This document shows, in pieces, positions 42,804 through 53,015 of a DNA stretch of 64,000 nucleotides. Under the pieces are notes generated by a model. The model did not search any database, was not told the DNA's origin, and saw only the letters and a program-made list of their open reading frames with translations. Position 1 is the first letter of the stretch, and each line of letters opens with the position of its first letter. Source of the stretch: an uncultured delta proteobacterium (GTDB lineage: Bacteria; Desulfobacterota; Desulfobacteria; Desulfobacterales; Desulfosalsimonadaceae); contig CAWGYD010000006.1 in the NCBI GenBank assembly GCA_963826785.1, positions 480,001-544,000 on the forward strand. The letters run 5' to 3'. The translations under genes were made by a program, and so were the position numbers.

Positions 42804-44349
42804 ACCGATTGAAGGCGGTCCCTTTGTGCTGATGATCCTGGATGGCTGGGGCATCGCCACCCCGGAAAGCGGCAATGCCATATCCATGGCCGACACGCCT
42901 TTTCTCAAGCGGCTCCTGTCAACATATCCGCATACCACCCTGGCCTGTTCGGGGGAGGCGGTGGGCCTGCCCAAGGGGGTGATGGGCAATTCCGAGGTGG
43001 GGCATTTAAACATCGGGGCCGGCCGGGTGGTCTACCAGGTGCTGCTGCGCATCGACCGCGCCATTGCCGACGGCACCTTCTTTGAAAATCCGGCCCTTTC
43101 TTCCGCCATGGATACCGTCAAAGAGCGGGGTTCGGCCCTTCATCTCATGGGGCTGGTCTCGGACGCGGGGGTCCACAGCCAGATCGATCACCTGTTTGCG
43201 CTGCTGGATATGGCCCGGGAAAAAGGGGTGTCGGAGGTCTATGTGCATCCCATTCTGGATGGCCGGGATACGCCGCCCGACAGCGGCATCGGTTATGTGA
43301 AGGCGCTCAAAACCTTCCTGGAAGAACACGCATGCGGCAGGATCGCCACCCTTTGCGGCCGCTATTATGCCATGGACCGCGATACCCGGTGGGACCGCAC
43401 CCGAAGGGCGTACCGGCTCTATACCGTGGGGGAGGGGATTGCCGAAACCGATCCGGTCGCGGCGGTGCAGCACGCCTATGACCGGGGGGAATCCGATGAG
43501 TTTGTCCAGCCGGTGATCATGATGGATAATGCCGGGTCCCCGGTAAAGACCATTGCCGATGATGATGCGGTGATCTTTTTCAATTTCCGGCCCGATCGTG
43601 CCCGCCAGATCACCCGGGCATTTACCCAGGCGGATTTTGAGCCTTTTGCCCGGGAAAAAATATTGGATCTGGCCGATTTTGTCTGCATGGCCCAGTACGA
43701 TGAAACATTTACCTTGCCGGTGGCGTTTCCCCCGGCGCACCTGGAAAAGATCCTTGGCGAGGTGATCAGCGAAAAGGGATTTCACCAGCTCCGCATCGCC
43801 GAAACCGAGAAATACGCCCATGTGACGTATTTCTTGAACGGCGGGGAGGAAACCCAGTTTCCCCATGAGGACCGCCACCTGGTCCCCTCTCCCCGGGAGG
43901 TGGCCACCTATGATCAGAAACCGGAGATGAGCGCATACGAAGTGGCGGACCAGGCAGCCGCCTTTATCAAATCCGGCAGATATCATCTGATCGTCATCAA
44001 TTTCGCCAACCTGGACATGGTGGGGCATACCGGGGATTTCGATGCGGCGGTCCGGGCCTGTGAGGCGGTGGATCGATGCGTTGAAAAGGTGGTGACCGCC
44101 GCGCTGGAAAAGGGCGGAACCGTCATGGTCACCGCAGACCACGGCAATGCCGAAAAAATGCGGGAAGAAAACGGGCAGATGCACACGGCCCACACCCAGA
44201 ACGCCGTCCCTTTCGTCCTGGTGGGACCGGAGGCCAATCAAATCCGGCTGAAGCCGGGCGTGCTGGGGGACATCGCCCCCACCCTGCTGGAACTCATGGG
44301 GATCGAAAAGCCCGCCCAGATGACGGGGCGCTCTTTGATCGAACATTAG
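42796..44349 (+). CDS. gpmI: 2,3-bisphosphoglycerate-independent phosphoglycerate mutase
   Basis: LMILDGWG, MGNSEVGHLNIGAGR, GRYYAMDRD, AETEKYAHVT, TADHGNAE. Confidence 0.95.
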   Translation: MPEPIEGGPFVLMILDGWGIATPESGNAISMADTPFLKRLLSTYPHTTLACSGEAVGLPKGVMGNSEVGHLNIGAGRVVYQVLLRIDRAIADGTFFENPALSSAMDTVKERGSALHLMGLVSDAGVHSQIDHLFALLDMAREKGVSEVYVHPILDGRDTPPDSGIGYVKALKTFLEEHACGRIATLCGRYYAMDRDTRWDRTRRAYRLYTVGEGIAETDPVAAVQHAYDRGESDEFVQPVIMMDNAGSPVKTIADDDAVIFFNFRPDRARQITRAFTQADFEPFAREKILDLADFVCMAQYDETFTLPVAFPPAHLEKILGEVISEKGFHQLRIAETEKYAHVTYFLNGGEETQFPHEDRHLVPSPREVATYDQKPEMSAYEVADQAAAFIKSGRYHLIVINFANLDMVGHTGDFDAAVRACEAVDRCVEKVVTAALEKGGTVMVTADHGNAEKMREENGQMHTAHTQNAVPFVLVGPEANQIRLKPGVLGDIAPTLLELMGIEKPAQMTGRSLIEH

Positions 44350-44442
44350 CTGGCGGGCACTGGTTAACTTTCCGGCTTGGAAGATTATGATGCCATTTGC
44401 GTATCCGCAGGTGAAAAGCCGGCGGAAAAGGATCAGGCAGAT

Positions 44443-44998
44443 ATGACGACAGATCACCCCTTGGAAGAGACGCTCATTGATTTTATCACCGGCAAAACCG
44501 TGGCCAATATCGGTGCGGAGGCGCATCGCCAAAAGGTGGAGCGGTTTTTGGTGGAGCAAAAAGGGTATGAAAAGTCCGACATCGGCGTGGATGTGGATGT
44601 CGAGCTTTGCATGGAAGACCAGATCTATCGGACCCAGCTGGATCTGGTGGTAAAGGTTGACGGTCTCGCATTTATGGTGCTAAAGTGTGCGGCAGGCTCT
44701 TTGGAATCCAGGGAAAAGGAAATCGTGTCTGCCGCCCGGGTGGCATGCGATCAAGCCGGTTCCCTTTGCCACAGCCACAGACGGTGATACCGCCCTGATC
44801 TGGGATGCGGCCTCGGGAAAAAAAACGGGTGAGCGGCTCGAACAGATACCCTCGAAATCAGAGGCGGCCGAATTCCTGTTAAAGGCGGACCCCATCGAAA
44901 TTCCGCCGGACCGGAGGGAAAAGGCAAAAATCATCTTCCGCTCCTATGACAGCATGAATGAAAATGTGCAGCGGAAACATCAGGCGCCTTCCGGATAA
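44443..44998 (+). CDS. Stand-alone type I restriction HsdR N-terminal-like domain protein (frameshift at ~44748)
   Basis: EAHRQKVERFLVEQKGY, DLVV..MVLKCAAGSLESREKEIVSAAR; second frame PVPFATATDG. Confidence 0.6.
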
Positions 44999-45029
44999 CC
45001 CATGAACCCGCCTGATGGCATGGGGTTGA

Positions 45030-45281
45030 ATGAATCGTTTAGACACACAGAAGAGCGCCATTGAACTGATTTATGTGCTGATCACAGCCATCAATAACAC
45101 CCGCCTGTATCCGCCCACCAGTGACCTGATTTTAAATGTCGTCAAACGGATTGAAACCCTCCTTCGCCTGATCTACACCCATACCGACGTCATCGAATAC
45201 GGTGAATCGGATAAGACCCTGCTGGTTCAGGGGGAGCCCGTCCCCGAAATTGTTTTTACTCAACGGAGGCATCATGGATAA
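45030..45281 (+). CDS. Short ORF, possibly the N-terminal fragment of a larger signalling protein
   Basis: 'AINNTRLYPPTS..GESDKTLLVQGEP' looks like a domain start; stop overlaps the next gene. Confidence 0.45.
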   Translation: MNRLDTQKSAIELIYVLITAINNTRLYPPTSDLILNVVKRIETLLRLIYTHTDVIEYGESDKTLLVQGEPVPEIVFTQRRHHG

Positions 45282-46318
45282 CGAAAAACGAGGCGACCAG
45301 GAAGCCATGGTCGACCAGTATATCGCGCAGGGAGAAAACGATCAGGCCGTGCGTCTGCTGGTGAAACTGATCGAGGATTACGCCCGCGAAAAGAATTTTG
45401 TCAAAGCCGAGGCCCTGCATGAAAAGATTTATGAAGCCGATGCCATGGCGCTGACCGAAATCGTTCGGACGGGTGAATTCATTGAAGAGCAGAAGACCGA
45501 AAGCGTAGACCGCGAACATCTTGATATCTGGTCCGATCTTTACAACCAGCTGAGCACCACGGAAGGAAACGCACTGTACTATTCCATGAAAACCAAGGAA
45601 TTTGATATCGGTGAATCCGTGATGGAACAGGGGACTTTCAACAAGCGGCTCTATTTTCATCAACCGGGGCGAGGTCAAGGCCATCTATCGGCAGGAAAAC
45701 CGGGAAGTGCTCATCACCACCCTGGGGGCGGGCGGTATTTTCGGACAGGAATCCTTCTTTTCCGCCACCGTGTGCACGGTGGCGGTGGTCCCCCTGAGTC
45801 GGGTGAAGGTCACTTTTTTAAACTGGGACGTGCTCACCAAATGGAAATCCGATGTCCCCGCCCTGGAATCCAAGCTCTATGATTATTGCGTCAAGCACGA
45901 CACGATCAAGGCGAGCCTTGAAAAGCGGCAGATGGAGCGCCGTTCCCACAAGCGCGTGGATCTTTCCGGAGCCGTTGTCTTTACCCTGGTGGATAAAAAG
46001 GAGAAACCGGTGGGAAAGGAATACAGGGGGGAGCTTTCGGATCTTTCAGCAGGAGGGCTCTCTTTTGTCATTCGAAGCCCCAGAAAAGAATCGGTCCAGA
46101 TGCTTCTGGGGCGGCGCTTGAATATCCGGTTTACCCTGCCGCTTCAAAACGGCCAGGCCCGGAAGGTGGTTCAGAACATGAAGGTGATCGCCGCCCAGCC
46201 ATTGGTGTTTGACGATTATTCGCTTCACCTGAAGTTTGATATCAAATGGCATCAGAAAATGATCGACGAGATCGAACCCTCCCGTGCGGCCAAAAACGAC
46301 AGGCCGTATGTGGATTAA
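45274..46318 (+). CDS. Cyclic-nucleotide-binding + PilZ domain protein (+1 frameshift at ~45655)
   Basis: cNMP domain GESVMEQG..LYF/INRGEV..GGIFGQESF; PilZ ERRSHKR and DLSAGG; GGAGG RBS. Confidence 0.78.
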
Positions 46319-46421
46319 CCCCCCATACGGCCTGTAAGTATTTCTCGCTGTCAGCCGTCAGCTGCCGGCAGCTTTTAGAATCCATTTTTAAACGTCGGTC
46401 GTCAGTTTCCAAAAACCGATT

Positions 46422-47096
46422 TTACTGCCCTGCCACTTCCTTTCCGCAATGCTTGCAAACTTTAGCCCGGTCTTTGATGATTTCCGCGCAGAAGGGGCAT
46501 TCCCGGGTGCCATGCCGCTGGTGGATCTTGGCGATGGCCGAATCCACCTCATTTTGAAGCAGATCGTTTCCAAACCGGTGTGCGGCGATCAGGTCGATGG
46601 CATCCACCGGGGCGATGTCGCCCACGATTTCCGCGGCCTTGATTCGGACCCGGCTGGGTTGCGTCGGATCCATGAGCATTTGAACGACACTGACATCATT
46701 TTTCGAGCTATAGCATTCAGCCAGAATGCAGAAGCCTTTCTTGATGGCCTCCCTGATAGCCTCTTCCTGGGCCATGACCTCGTCATCGATGATCTGGCCC
46801 TGTGCGCCCATGGGGCTGAAGACCGGCATGGCCTCGAAGTTATCCCCCCGGGGGCTTTTGATGCACCGGTAGGAGGCCCGATGCGCATAATTTTCCATCA
46901 GGTGGTCCCATCCGCTGACGTACATGGGGCATTCATCATTAAAACAGACATACAGATAAGGCGAGTCCCATCCCAGGCCGTCGCTGAACGCAATCGGCGG
47001 TACTTCCCACAGGTGCATTTCCTGATGGCAGTGCGGGCAGGCAGGTTTTTCCTGATCCATAATTTTTTCAAGTACTTGTTCTTTGGTTTCAAACAT
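46422..47096 (-). CDS. Hypothetical protein with N-terminal Cys cluster, HEAT-like helices and C-terminal zinc ribbon
   Basis: CPHC, VCFNDEC; RVRIKAAEIVGDI; CPFCAE..KVCKHC. Confidence 0.7.
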   Translation of the reverse strand: MFETKEQVLEKIMDQEKPACPHCHQEMHLWEVPPIAFSDGLGWDSPYLYVCFNDECPMYVSGWDHLMENYAHRASYRCIKSPRGDNFEAMPVFSPMGAQGQIIDDEVMAQEEAIREAIKKGFCILAECYSSKNDVSVVQMLMDPTQPSRVRIKAAEIVGDIAPVDAIDLIAAHRFGNDLLQNEVDSAIAKIHQRHGTRECPFCAEIIKDRAKVCKHCGKEVAGQ

Positions 47097-47173
47097 GGCA
47101 ATTCCTCAAATGAAAACTCGGCGCAAGGCCGATGAATGGTTTAAAGGGAGTTCAACTGCGGGCGGATGAGGAA

Positions 47174-47656
47174 TCAGTCCTCTTCTTCCTCACCTGAATC
47201 CAGGGCTTCAGTATCATCCAGATCGTCAACCGTGCCCTCATCGTCATCTTCCAAGTCATCATCGATGTCAAGCGCGTCATCCTCTTCTTCCTCATCATCG
47301 AGCAGGGCATCGATTTCGACTTCATCCTCTTCCGCGGGAATAACGCCGTCTCCTTTTTTGAGCATCCTCACATCATCGAAGACTATTTCGGTAGCGGAAT
47401 CTCCATCATCCTTCTCATAGAGCGCGATAATGGAGTCTGCAATTTTATCCGCGTATTCCGCTATAGGATACAAATTGGGCGTTCTAAGTACCGACACCAG
47501 CGGACCTTTGCCCTCCTGGATCGCCGAGCCAATCGTCCGATTTTCGTAAGACTCCTCGCAGATAAGGGAAAACAGGTCTTTGTCGAGTTCAGCAAATTCC
47601 TGAATGGTCAGCTTTCCATTATCTGAGTCTTTCCGGATGGTGTATTTCTGCTTCAT
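47174..47656 (-). CDS. Hypothetical protein with very acidic C-terminal tail
   Basis: GGGGAG RBS; LRTPNLYPI core; D/E-rich last ~50 aa; promoter TTGACA-16-TATTAT at 47740-47767 (minus strand). Confidence 0.7.
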   Translation of the reverse strand: MKQKYTIRKDSDNGKLTIQEFAELDKDLFSLICEESYENRTIGSAIQEGKGPLVSVLRTPNLYPIAEYADKIADSIIALYEKDDGDSATEIVFDDVRMLKKGDGVIPAEEDEVEIDALLDDEEEEDDALDIDDDLEDDDEGTVDDLDDTEALDSGEEEED

Positions 47657-47841
47657 GCGGTACTCCCCGTAATTTAAGGCCAATATAATGTTAAAAATCT
47701 GATTTTTCGCAAGATTGGGCGTTTTTTTAAGATGCCTCTATAATAAGAAAAAATAAGCGCATGTCAATATGCAATATAAAGCTGATATTTATAACTATAT
47801 AATATGGTTTATTATCCGAAACCCATCCGGATAAAAAAAGA

Positions 47842-47870
47842 TTGACCTCGGTTTTCAAAGTCTGTATAGG
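47842..47870 (+). promoter_or_regulatory. Promoter of the tRNA-Ser pair
   Basis: TTGACC-17nt-TATAGG about 18 nt before the tRNA. Confidence 0.55.
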
Positions 47871-47888
47871 AGTCTTACACTTAAAAGG

Positions 47889-47974
47889 GGAGGGATGGCC
47901 GAGTGGTTTAAGGCGGCGGTCTTGAAAACCGTTGAGCGAAAGCTCCGTGGGTTCGAATCCTACTCCCTCCGCCA
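47889..47974 (+). tRNA. tRNA-Ser(TGA)
   Basis: GGAGGGA acceptor; anticodon loop CT-TGA-AA; long variable arm; GTTCGAATC; ends GCCA. Confidence 0.95.
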
Positions 47975-48034
47975 CGGAAACGCAATCAAGCAATGCCGGC
48001 TGCAATGCTTGGCGATATAAAAATATCAATTCAT

Positions 48035-48127
48035 GGAGAGATGGCCGAGTAGGCTGAAGGCGCTCGCCTGCTAAGCGAGTATATGGGGAAACCTGTATCG
48101 AGGGTTCGAATCCCTCTCTCTCCGCCA
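48035..48127 (+). tRNA. tRNA-Ser(GCT)
   Basis: GGAGAGA acceptor; CT-GCT-AA; long variable arm; ends GCCA. Confidence 0.95.
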
Positions 48128-48132
48128 ATTCC

Positions 48133-48176
48133 AAGGGCTTAAGCCTGGTCATTCAGATCGGGTTTAAGCCCTTTTT
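48133..48176 (+). terminator. Terminator after the tRNA-Ser pair
   Basis: aagggcttaagcctggtc / gatcgggtttaagccctt plus T-tract. Confidence 0.7.
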
Positions 48177-48337
48177 CATTCAACGTGCACCTCCTGCCGG
48201 ACAACGATGTCCTCGACTTTTGCAGAGCAGGTCATATCCTATGGACGAATCATTTTGATTTCTTTTGCTTAATCGTATATTGTCTGTTCTTTTGTTTTTT
48301 TCTTGCGGCCTGTTGAAGATCGGGAAGAGATAAAGGC

Positions 48338-51190
48338 ATGAAAATGGATGGAAACTCGGATGCGGGTCCGCCCTTTCCGGATGCCGACGAAAATATTGTT
48401 CCGGCCGCATCGGCGTTTTCGGGCCGCACTTCGCGGCTGGCCTGGCTTCCGGTTCCGCTGTTTCTCGCAGCGATTGTCATTCTCCGCCTGGTTGAATTCA
48501 ATGGGGTGTACGAACCCGCCTATCTGCTGACTTTTCTGAATTTTTTCTTTTGCACGGCCATTTCCCTGTTTGTATCCATCCTGGCCGCCCGCGGTTTTGC
48601 CCGGAGCGGTCTGGCGCCGATCCTCCTGCTGGGCTGCGGCATGCTGGTGTTCGGCACCGTCAGCCTCATTGCGGCGGTGGCCATCCATTTCGAAAAAGTG
48701 AATACCGCACTGACCGTTTACAATACGGGCATGTTCCTGTCGGGCATCTGCCATCTTCTGGCCGCCGCATCCGCCATCCCCGCCGGCGGCCGAATCGACC
48801 GCCACGGATTTTTGGTAATCAGCGGGGCATACCTCTATGCCCTGTTCATGGTGGCACTGGTGTCGTATACGGCCGTGGAAGGACTCTCTCCATTGTTTTT
48901 CATACAGGGCAGCGGCCCCACCACCGTTCGGCAGGCAGTTCTCGGTTCCGCCGTGGGCATGTTCGCCCTGGCGGCCGTCATGCTGGTCTCCATCTCCCGC
49001 CGCCGCAGATGGGTGTTTGGATGGTGGTACGGCATTTCCCTGGGCCTGGTCGCCGTGGGGCTGTTCGGGGTGCTGATGATCAACAGCGTGGGAAGCCCCC
49101 TGGGATGGGTGGGACGGGCGGCCCAGTATCTGGGCGGCGTCTACATGCTGGTGGCCGTGGTGCTTTCCGCCCGGGAAAGCGGGACCTGGGATACGGCGCT
49201 GCAAGTGGCCCTGTGGGAAAGCCGGGAACGTTTTAAAGTGCTTTCAGAAGCCACTTTCGAGGGGATCGTTATCAGTGATCACGGCATCATTATCGATTCC
49301 AACGAGCAGATCGCCCGCATGCTCGATTATTCGCCTGGCGCAATTATCGGCATGCGGATTGTGGATTTCATTTCCGAGGAGGACCGCCCGTCAGTCATGG
49401 AGAATATTGAACAGGGGCGGGAAGTGAGCATGGAGAAACGGCTGGTCTGCAGGGATGGTTCCCGGATCATCGTTGAGGTCCATGGAAGGACCATTTCCCG
49501 GGGCCGCCGAAAAGTGCGGATTACCGCCATCCGCGACATCACTCAGCGGAAGAAGACGGAGGCGGCCCTCCGGGAAAGCGAAGAGCGGCTGCGGGTGGCG
49601 GCTGAATCCGCCGGCGTGGGAATGTGGTACTGGAATATTGAAGAAGACCGGCTGGACCTGACAGCCCAGACCTATCGACTTTTCGGGCTGCCGGCGGAAG
49701 AAAAATACGGTTTGGATCAACTTGAACGCTATATTCATCCGGAAGATCTTTCCAACGTGCGGCAGATCACGAAAAAGGGGTTGACCCACGGCGGATTCCA
49801 CGAAATTCATTACCGGATCATCCGCCCCGACGGTCAGTTGCGCTGGGTGCAGGCCCGGGCGACGACCCATGTGGATGAAACCGGTCGGCCCCTGCGCAAT
49901 ATCGGGGTATTGCTCGATATCACCGAAATCAAGCAGGCCGAGCAGTCGCTGCGAAGTGCCCGGGATGAACTGGAGCAGCGGGTGGAAGACCGGACAGCCG
50001 AACTCCGCCACCGGGCCGATCAGCTCGCCCGGCTGACTTCGGAGTTGACCATGGCCGAACAGCGGGAGCGGCGGCGTCTGGCCCAGGTGCTTCATGATCA
50101 CCTCCAGCAGCTGCTGGCCGGGGCGAAACTCCGGGTGGACATCCTGGCCATGGATGTCCCGGCGGCGAAAAAGAAAGCGGTCATGCAGGTGGAGGAATTG
50201 CTGAACGAGGCGCTCCAGGCATCGCGCTCACTGACGATGGAACTGTCGCCGCCCATTCTGTACGAGGCCGGGCTGGGTCCCGGGCTGAACTGGCTGGCCC
50301 GGCAGATGGCGGAAAAGCATGGATTGAAAGTGCGCCTTTCTGCAGAAGCAGGCGTGGATGCCGACCGGGAAGACCTCCGGGTGCTCATTTTCCAGTCCGT
50401 CCGTGAATTGCTGTTTAATTCGGTCAAGCATGCCGGCGTAAATGAGGCCGGGGTGGCGCTTGCCCTTGAGGATGAAAATCACCTGCGGGTCAGCGTATGG
50501 GATCATGGTATTGGATTCGATCCGGACGGGATCTTCAACATCGATCGGGTTGAAGGCGGATTCGGGCTCTTTTCCATTCGTGAGCGGCTCAGCCTGCTGG
50601 GCGGCCGGATGGAAATTGACAGTGCCCCCGGCCGGGGGGCGAGGTTTACGCTGGTGGCGCCGCGATATCTGGAATCCGGGCGCCGCAGGCCGGTCGATGC
50701 CGATGTCGATCTTCCGCGCCGCGGTCATTCCGAAAAAGAAACCCGTCATGAGAAGAAAAAATCAGAAGCGGGAAAGATCCGGATCCTGGTGGTCGATGAT
50801 CATTCGGTCATGCGGCAGGGCCTGGTCTCCTTTTTGTCCGGGCAGGCGGATATCGAGGTGGCTGGAGAGGCGGAAAACGGCCGGGAGGCCGTGGCCAAAG
50901 CGCGCGATTTGCGCCCCGATGTCATCCTGATGGACTATTCCATGCCGGAAATGGATGGTTTGGAAGCCACCCGCATCATTCATCGTGAATTTTCCCACAT
51001 CCGCATCATCGCTCTGTCCATGTATGCCGAGGCGGACCGGGCCGGGGCCATGATGGAAGCGGGGGCATCCGCCTACATCAGCAAAAGCGGGCGGTCCGAG
51101 GAGATGCTGACCGCGGTGCGGGGTGCGTCAAAGGGCGGGCCGCACGCCCGGGATCAGTTTATTCCGGCGGCAAATACCTGCACGCAGTAG
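48338..51190 (+). CDS. Hybrid sensor histidine kinase: multi-TM sensor, 2 PAS, HisKA_3/HATPase, receiver
   Basis: About 8 TM helices; PAS/PAC; ERRRLAQVLHDHLQQLL; ELLFNSVKHA, DHGIGF, GFGL; REC VVDDH..LMDYSMPEMDG. Confidence 0.88.
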   Translation: MKMDGNSDAGPPFPDADENIVPAASAFSGRTSRLAWLPVPLFLAAIVILRLVEFNGVYEPAYLLTFLNFFFCTAISLFVSILAARGFARSGLAPILLLGCGMLVFGTVSLIAAVAIHFEKVNTALTVYNTGMFLSGICHLLAAASAIPAGGRIDRHGFLVISGAYLYALFMVALVSYTAVEGLSPLFFIQGSGPTTVRQAVLGSAVGMFALAAVMLVSISRRRRWVFGWWYGISLGLVAVGLFGVLMINSVGSPLGWVGRAAQYLGGVYMLVAVVLSARESGTWDTALQVALWESRERFKVLSEATFEGIVISDHGIIIDSNEQIARMLDYSPGAIIGMRIVDFISEEDRPSVMENIEQGREVSMEKRLVCRDGSRIIVEVHGRTISRGRRKVRITAIRDITQRKKTEAALRESEERLRVAAESAGVGMWYWNIEEDRLDLTAQTYRLFGLPAEEKYGLDQLERYIHPEDLSNVRQITKKGLTHGGFHEIHYRIIRPDGQLRWVQARATTHVDETGRPLRNIGVLLDITEIKQAEQSLRSARDELEQRVEDRTAELRHRADQLARLTSELTMAEQRERRRLAQVLHDHLQQLLAGAKLRVDILAMDVPAAKKKAVMQVEELLNEALQASRSLTMELSPPILYEAGLGPGLNWLARQMAEKHGLKVRLSAEAGVDADREDLRVLIFQSVRELLFNSVKHAGVNEAGVALALEDENHLRVSVWDHGIGFDPDGIFNIDRVEGGFGLFSIRERLSLLGGRMEIDSAPGRGARFTLVAPRYLESGRRRPVDADVDLPRRGHSEKETRHEKKKSEAGKIRILVVDDHSVMRQGLVSFLSGQADIEVAGEAENGREAVAKARDLRPDVILMDYSMPEMDGLEATRIIHREFSHIRIIALSMYAEADRAGAMMEAGASAYISKSGRSEEMLTAVRGASKGGPHARDQFIPAANTCTQ

Positions 51191-51843
51191 AATTTGTCCA
51201 TGCCCATCCCCTGGGTCTGGTGCTTGACACAGCCGGCGCCGAGATACCCGGCTTCGGGGGCCAGGATGTTTTGCCGGTGTGCCGGGGAGTCCATCCACTG
51301 ATCCAGCAGGGTCTGTGCAAACGAGCGGTAGGTATGCGAAGGGATGGGTGCTCCGTCGGGAGTTTCGGAGAACAGGGGCCTTGGATTTTCCTGAACGATA
51401 AATACGCGCGTTCCCGCATCATATTGGATGCCAAAGTGGGTGGCCACATTTTCCGCCACATAGCGGGGTGCAATCCCGGCCGCCCGGACCCGGTCCAGGG
51501 GGGTGCGCAGCGCCGGATCATCGGGGTTGACGTGGGACAGGTACTGCCCCCTGGCCATGTTTCGGGCATGGATCAGCGCGGCCTCATCCAGCCGGTAATC
51601 GTGCCGGAGCCGATCCAGCCCCTCTGCGGCCCGCCGCTGGTTGGTGGCATGGAATACGGCGGCCGAAAGCAGCTCCTGATCGATGTGGCCGTCTGCTATG
51701 GGGGAGCGCACTTTTTCGAGCTTGAAAAAAGTGTCGGCCGGCATGCCATAGAGGGAATCCGGCGGCTGCGCCAAGACGGTATCGGTCGGAAAGACCGAAG
51801 CCGCAAGGCCCAAAAGCATAAAAACAATTATTATTCTCAACAT
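51154..51843 (-). CDS. CAP/SCP-domain secreted protein
   Basis: Signal peptide; NQRRA, HARNMA..LSH, AENVA, WMDSPAHRQNIL. Confidence 0.85.
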   Translation of the reverse strand: MLRIIIVFMLLGLAASVFPTDTVLAQPPDSLYGMPADTFFKLEKVRSPIADGHIDQELLSAAVFHATNQRRAAEGLDRLRHDYRLDEAALIHARNMARGQYLSHVNPDDPALRTPLDRVRAAGIAPRYVAENVATHFGIQYDAGTRVFIVQENPRPLFSETPDGAPIPSHTYRSFAQTLLDQWMDSPAHRQNILAPEAGYLGAGCVKHQTQGMGMDKFYCVQVFAAGIN

Positions 51844-51891
51844 CGGGATAAACATCCTCCAATTCCGTATCAACAGGTTTGCACCTTCATT

Positions 51892-52860
51892 TCACCCGGC
51901 GGCCCTTCCGGTCGGCGCTCCAAAACCCTGATCCCCTGCCGCAGATCTTCGCTCCGCCAACGTTTTTTGGATCAAATGAAGCGTTTCTGTCTTGTCCAGG
52001 CACCATTGGGGGGCAACCAGTTCCTGCGGGTGGGGATCGCCGGTGAGCCGTTGGATCACCACATTTTCCGGCGTGCGGGCCAGAAATTCGCAGACCGCAT
52101 CCACATATTGGCTCCTGGACATGCAGGCAAACCGGCCCTCCTGATACCATTTCTCAAGGACTGTTCCCCGCACCACATACAGCAGGTGCAGCTTTAAACC
52201 GTCAATGCCCAGATCGGAAAGGGCGTCGGCGGTTTGCATCATGTGCTGCTCCGTCTCGCCGGGAAGCCCCAGGATCACGTGGGCGCAGACTGGAATGCCC
52301 CGGCTGCGCGTGGCGCTGACTGCGTCCGCAAAAGCACGGAAATCATGGCCCCGGTTGATTTTGTGCAGGGTCTCGTCGTGGGCGGACTGCAGGCCGTATT
52401 CCACCCACACCAGACGGTTTCGGGCATATGCTTCCAAAAGGTCTAAGATCTCTTCATTGACGCAGTCCGGCCGGGTGCCGATGGACAGCCCCACCACCGC
52501 TTCATCGGCCAGGGCTTCCTCGTAGATGGCCTTTAGCACCGGCACGGGCGCATAGGTGTTGGAAAATGCCTGAAAATAGGCGATGAATTTCCTGGCCTTG
52601 TATTTTTTGCCCAGCCTGGCCTTGCCCCCGGCGATCTGGCGGGCAATGGAGAGCCCCTGTTCATGCGCCCCGGTACCCGAACCCCTGGCGTTGCAGTAGA
52701 TGCAGCCGCCGACGGAAAGGGTTCCGTCCCGGTTGGGGCAGGTCATTCCCGCATCGACGGTGATCTTCTGGACGCGGCACCCGAACCGGCCGCGAAGATA
52801 CGTATTGAAGTCATAATACCGGCTGTTCATCACCGGGGGGGAAACATCGCCTTTTATCAT
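51892..52860 (-). CDS. Radical SAM protein, TIGR01212 (YhcC/YtqA) family
   Basis: CPNRDG..GGCIYC, YFQAFSNTY, IGTRPDC, INRGH; start may be 52830. Confidence 0.9.
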   Translation of the reverse strand: MIKGDVSPPVMNSRYYDFNTYLRGRFGCRVQKITVDAGMTCPNRDGTLSVGGCIYCNARGSGTGAHEQGLSIARQIAGGKARLGKKYKARKFIAYFQAFSNTYAPVPVLKAIYEEALADEAVVGLSIGTRPDCVNEEILDLLEAYARNRLVWVEYGLQSAHDETLHKINRGHDFRAFADAVSATRSRGIPVCAHVILGLPGETEQHMMQTADALSDLGIDGLKLHLLYVVRGTVLEKWYQEGRFACMSRSQYVDAVCEFLARTPENVVIQRLTGDPHPQELVAPQWCLDKTETLHLIQKTLAERRSAAGDQGFGAPTGRAAG

Positions 52861-53015
52861 AAAAATCTCTTTTCTTTTTGAAAACATATATCATAAAATA
52901 TGCGTTTGTCCATGGAGACGCTCTTTGAAAGCCTGGACTTTTTTTCGTGAACGTGCGCATGCACGACCGCTTCGTTAATCATTACCGGCACCCCTTTACG
53001 GGTGCATAAAGCATC

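Noticed and set aside
42400..44349. RsfS-GpmI fusion
   Set aside because: One more G at 42787-42790 gives rsfS a stop within GTGCCTGA, overlapping a GTG start that has an AAAGGGG SD. Likely a homopolymer error.
47889..47974. tRNA-Sec to serve the selenoprotein
   Set aside because: The anticodon is TGA (Ser), not TCA, and the acceptor stem is a normal 7 bp.
47889..51190. Genomic island at the tRNA-Ser genes (or at tRNA-Met 59933)
   Set aside because: No integrase, no duplicated tRNA 3' end seen, and no obvious compositional shift.
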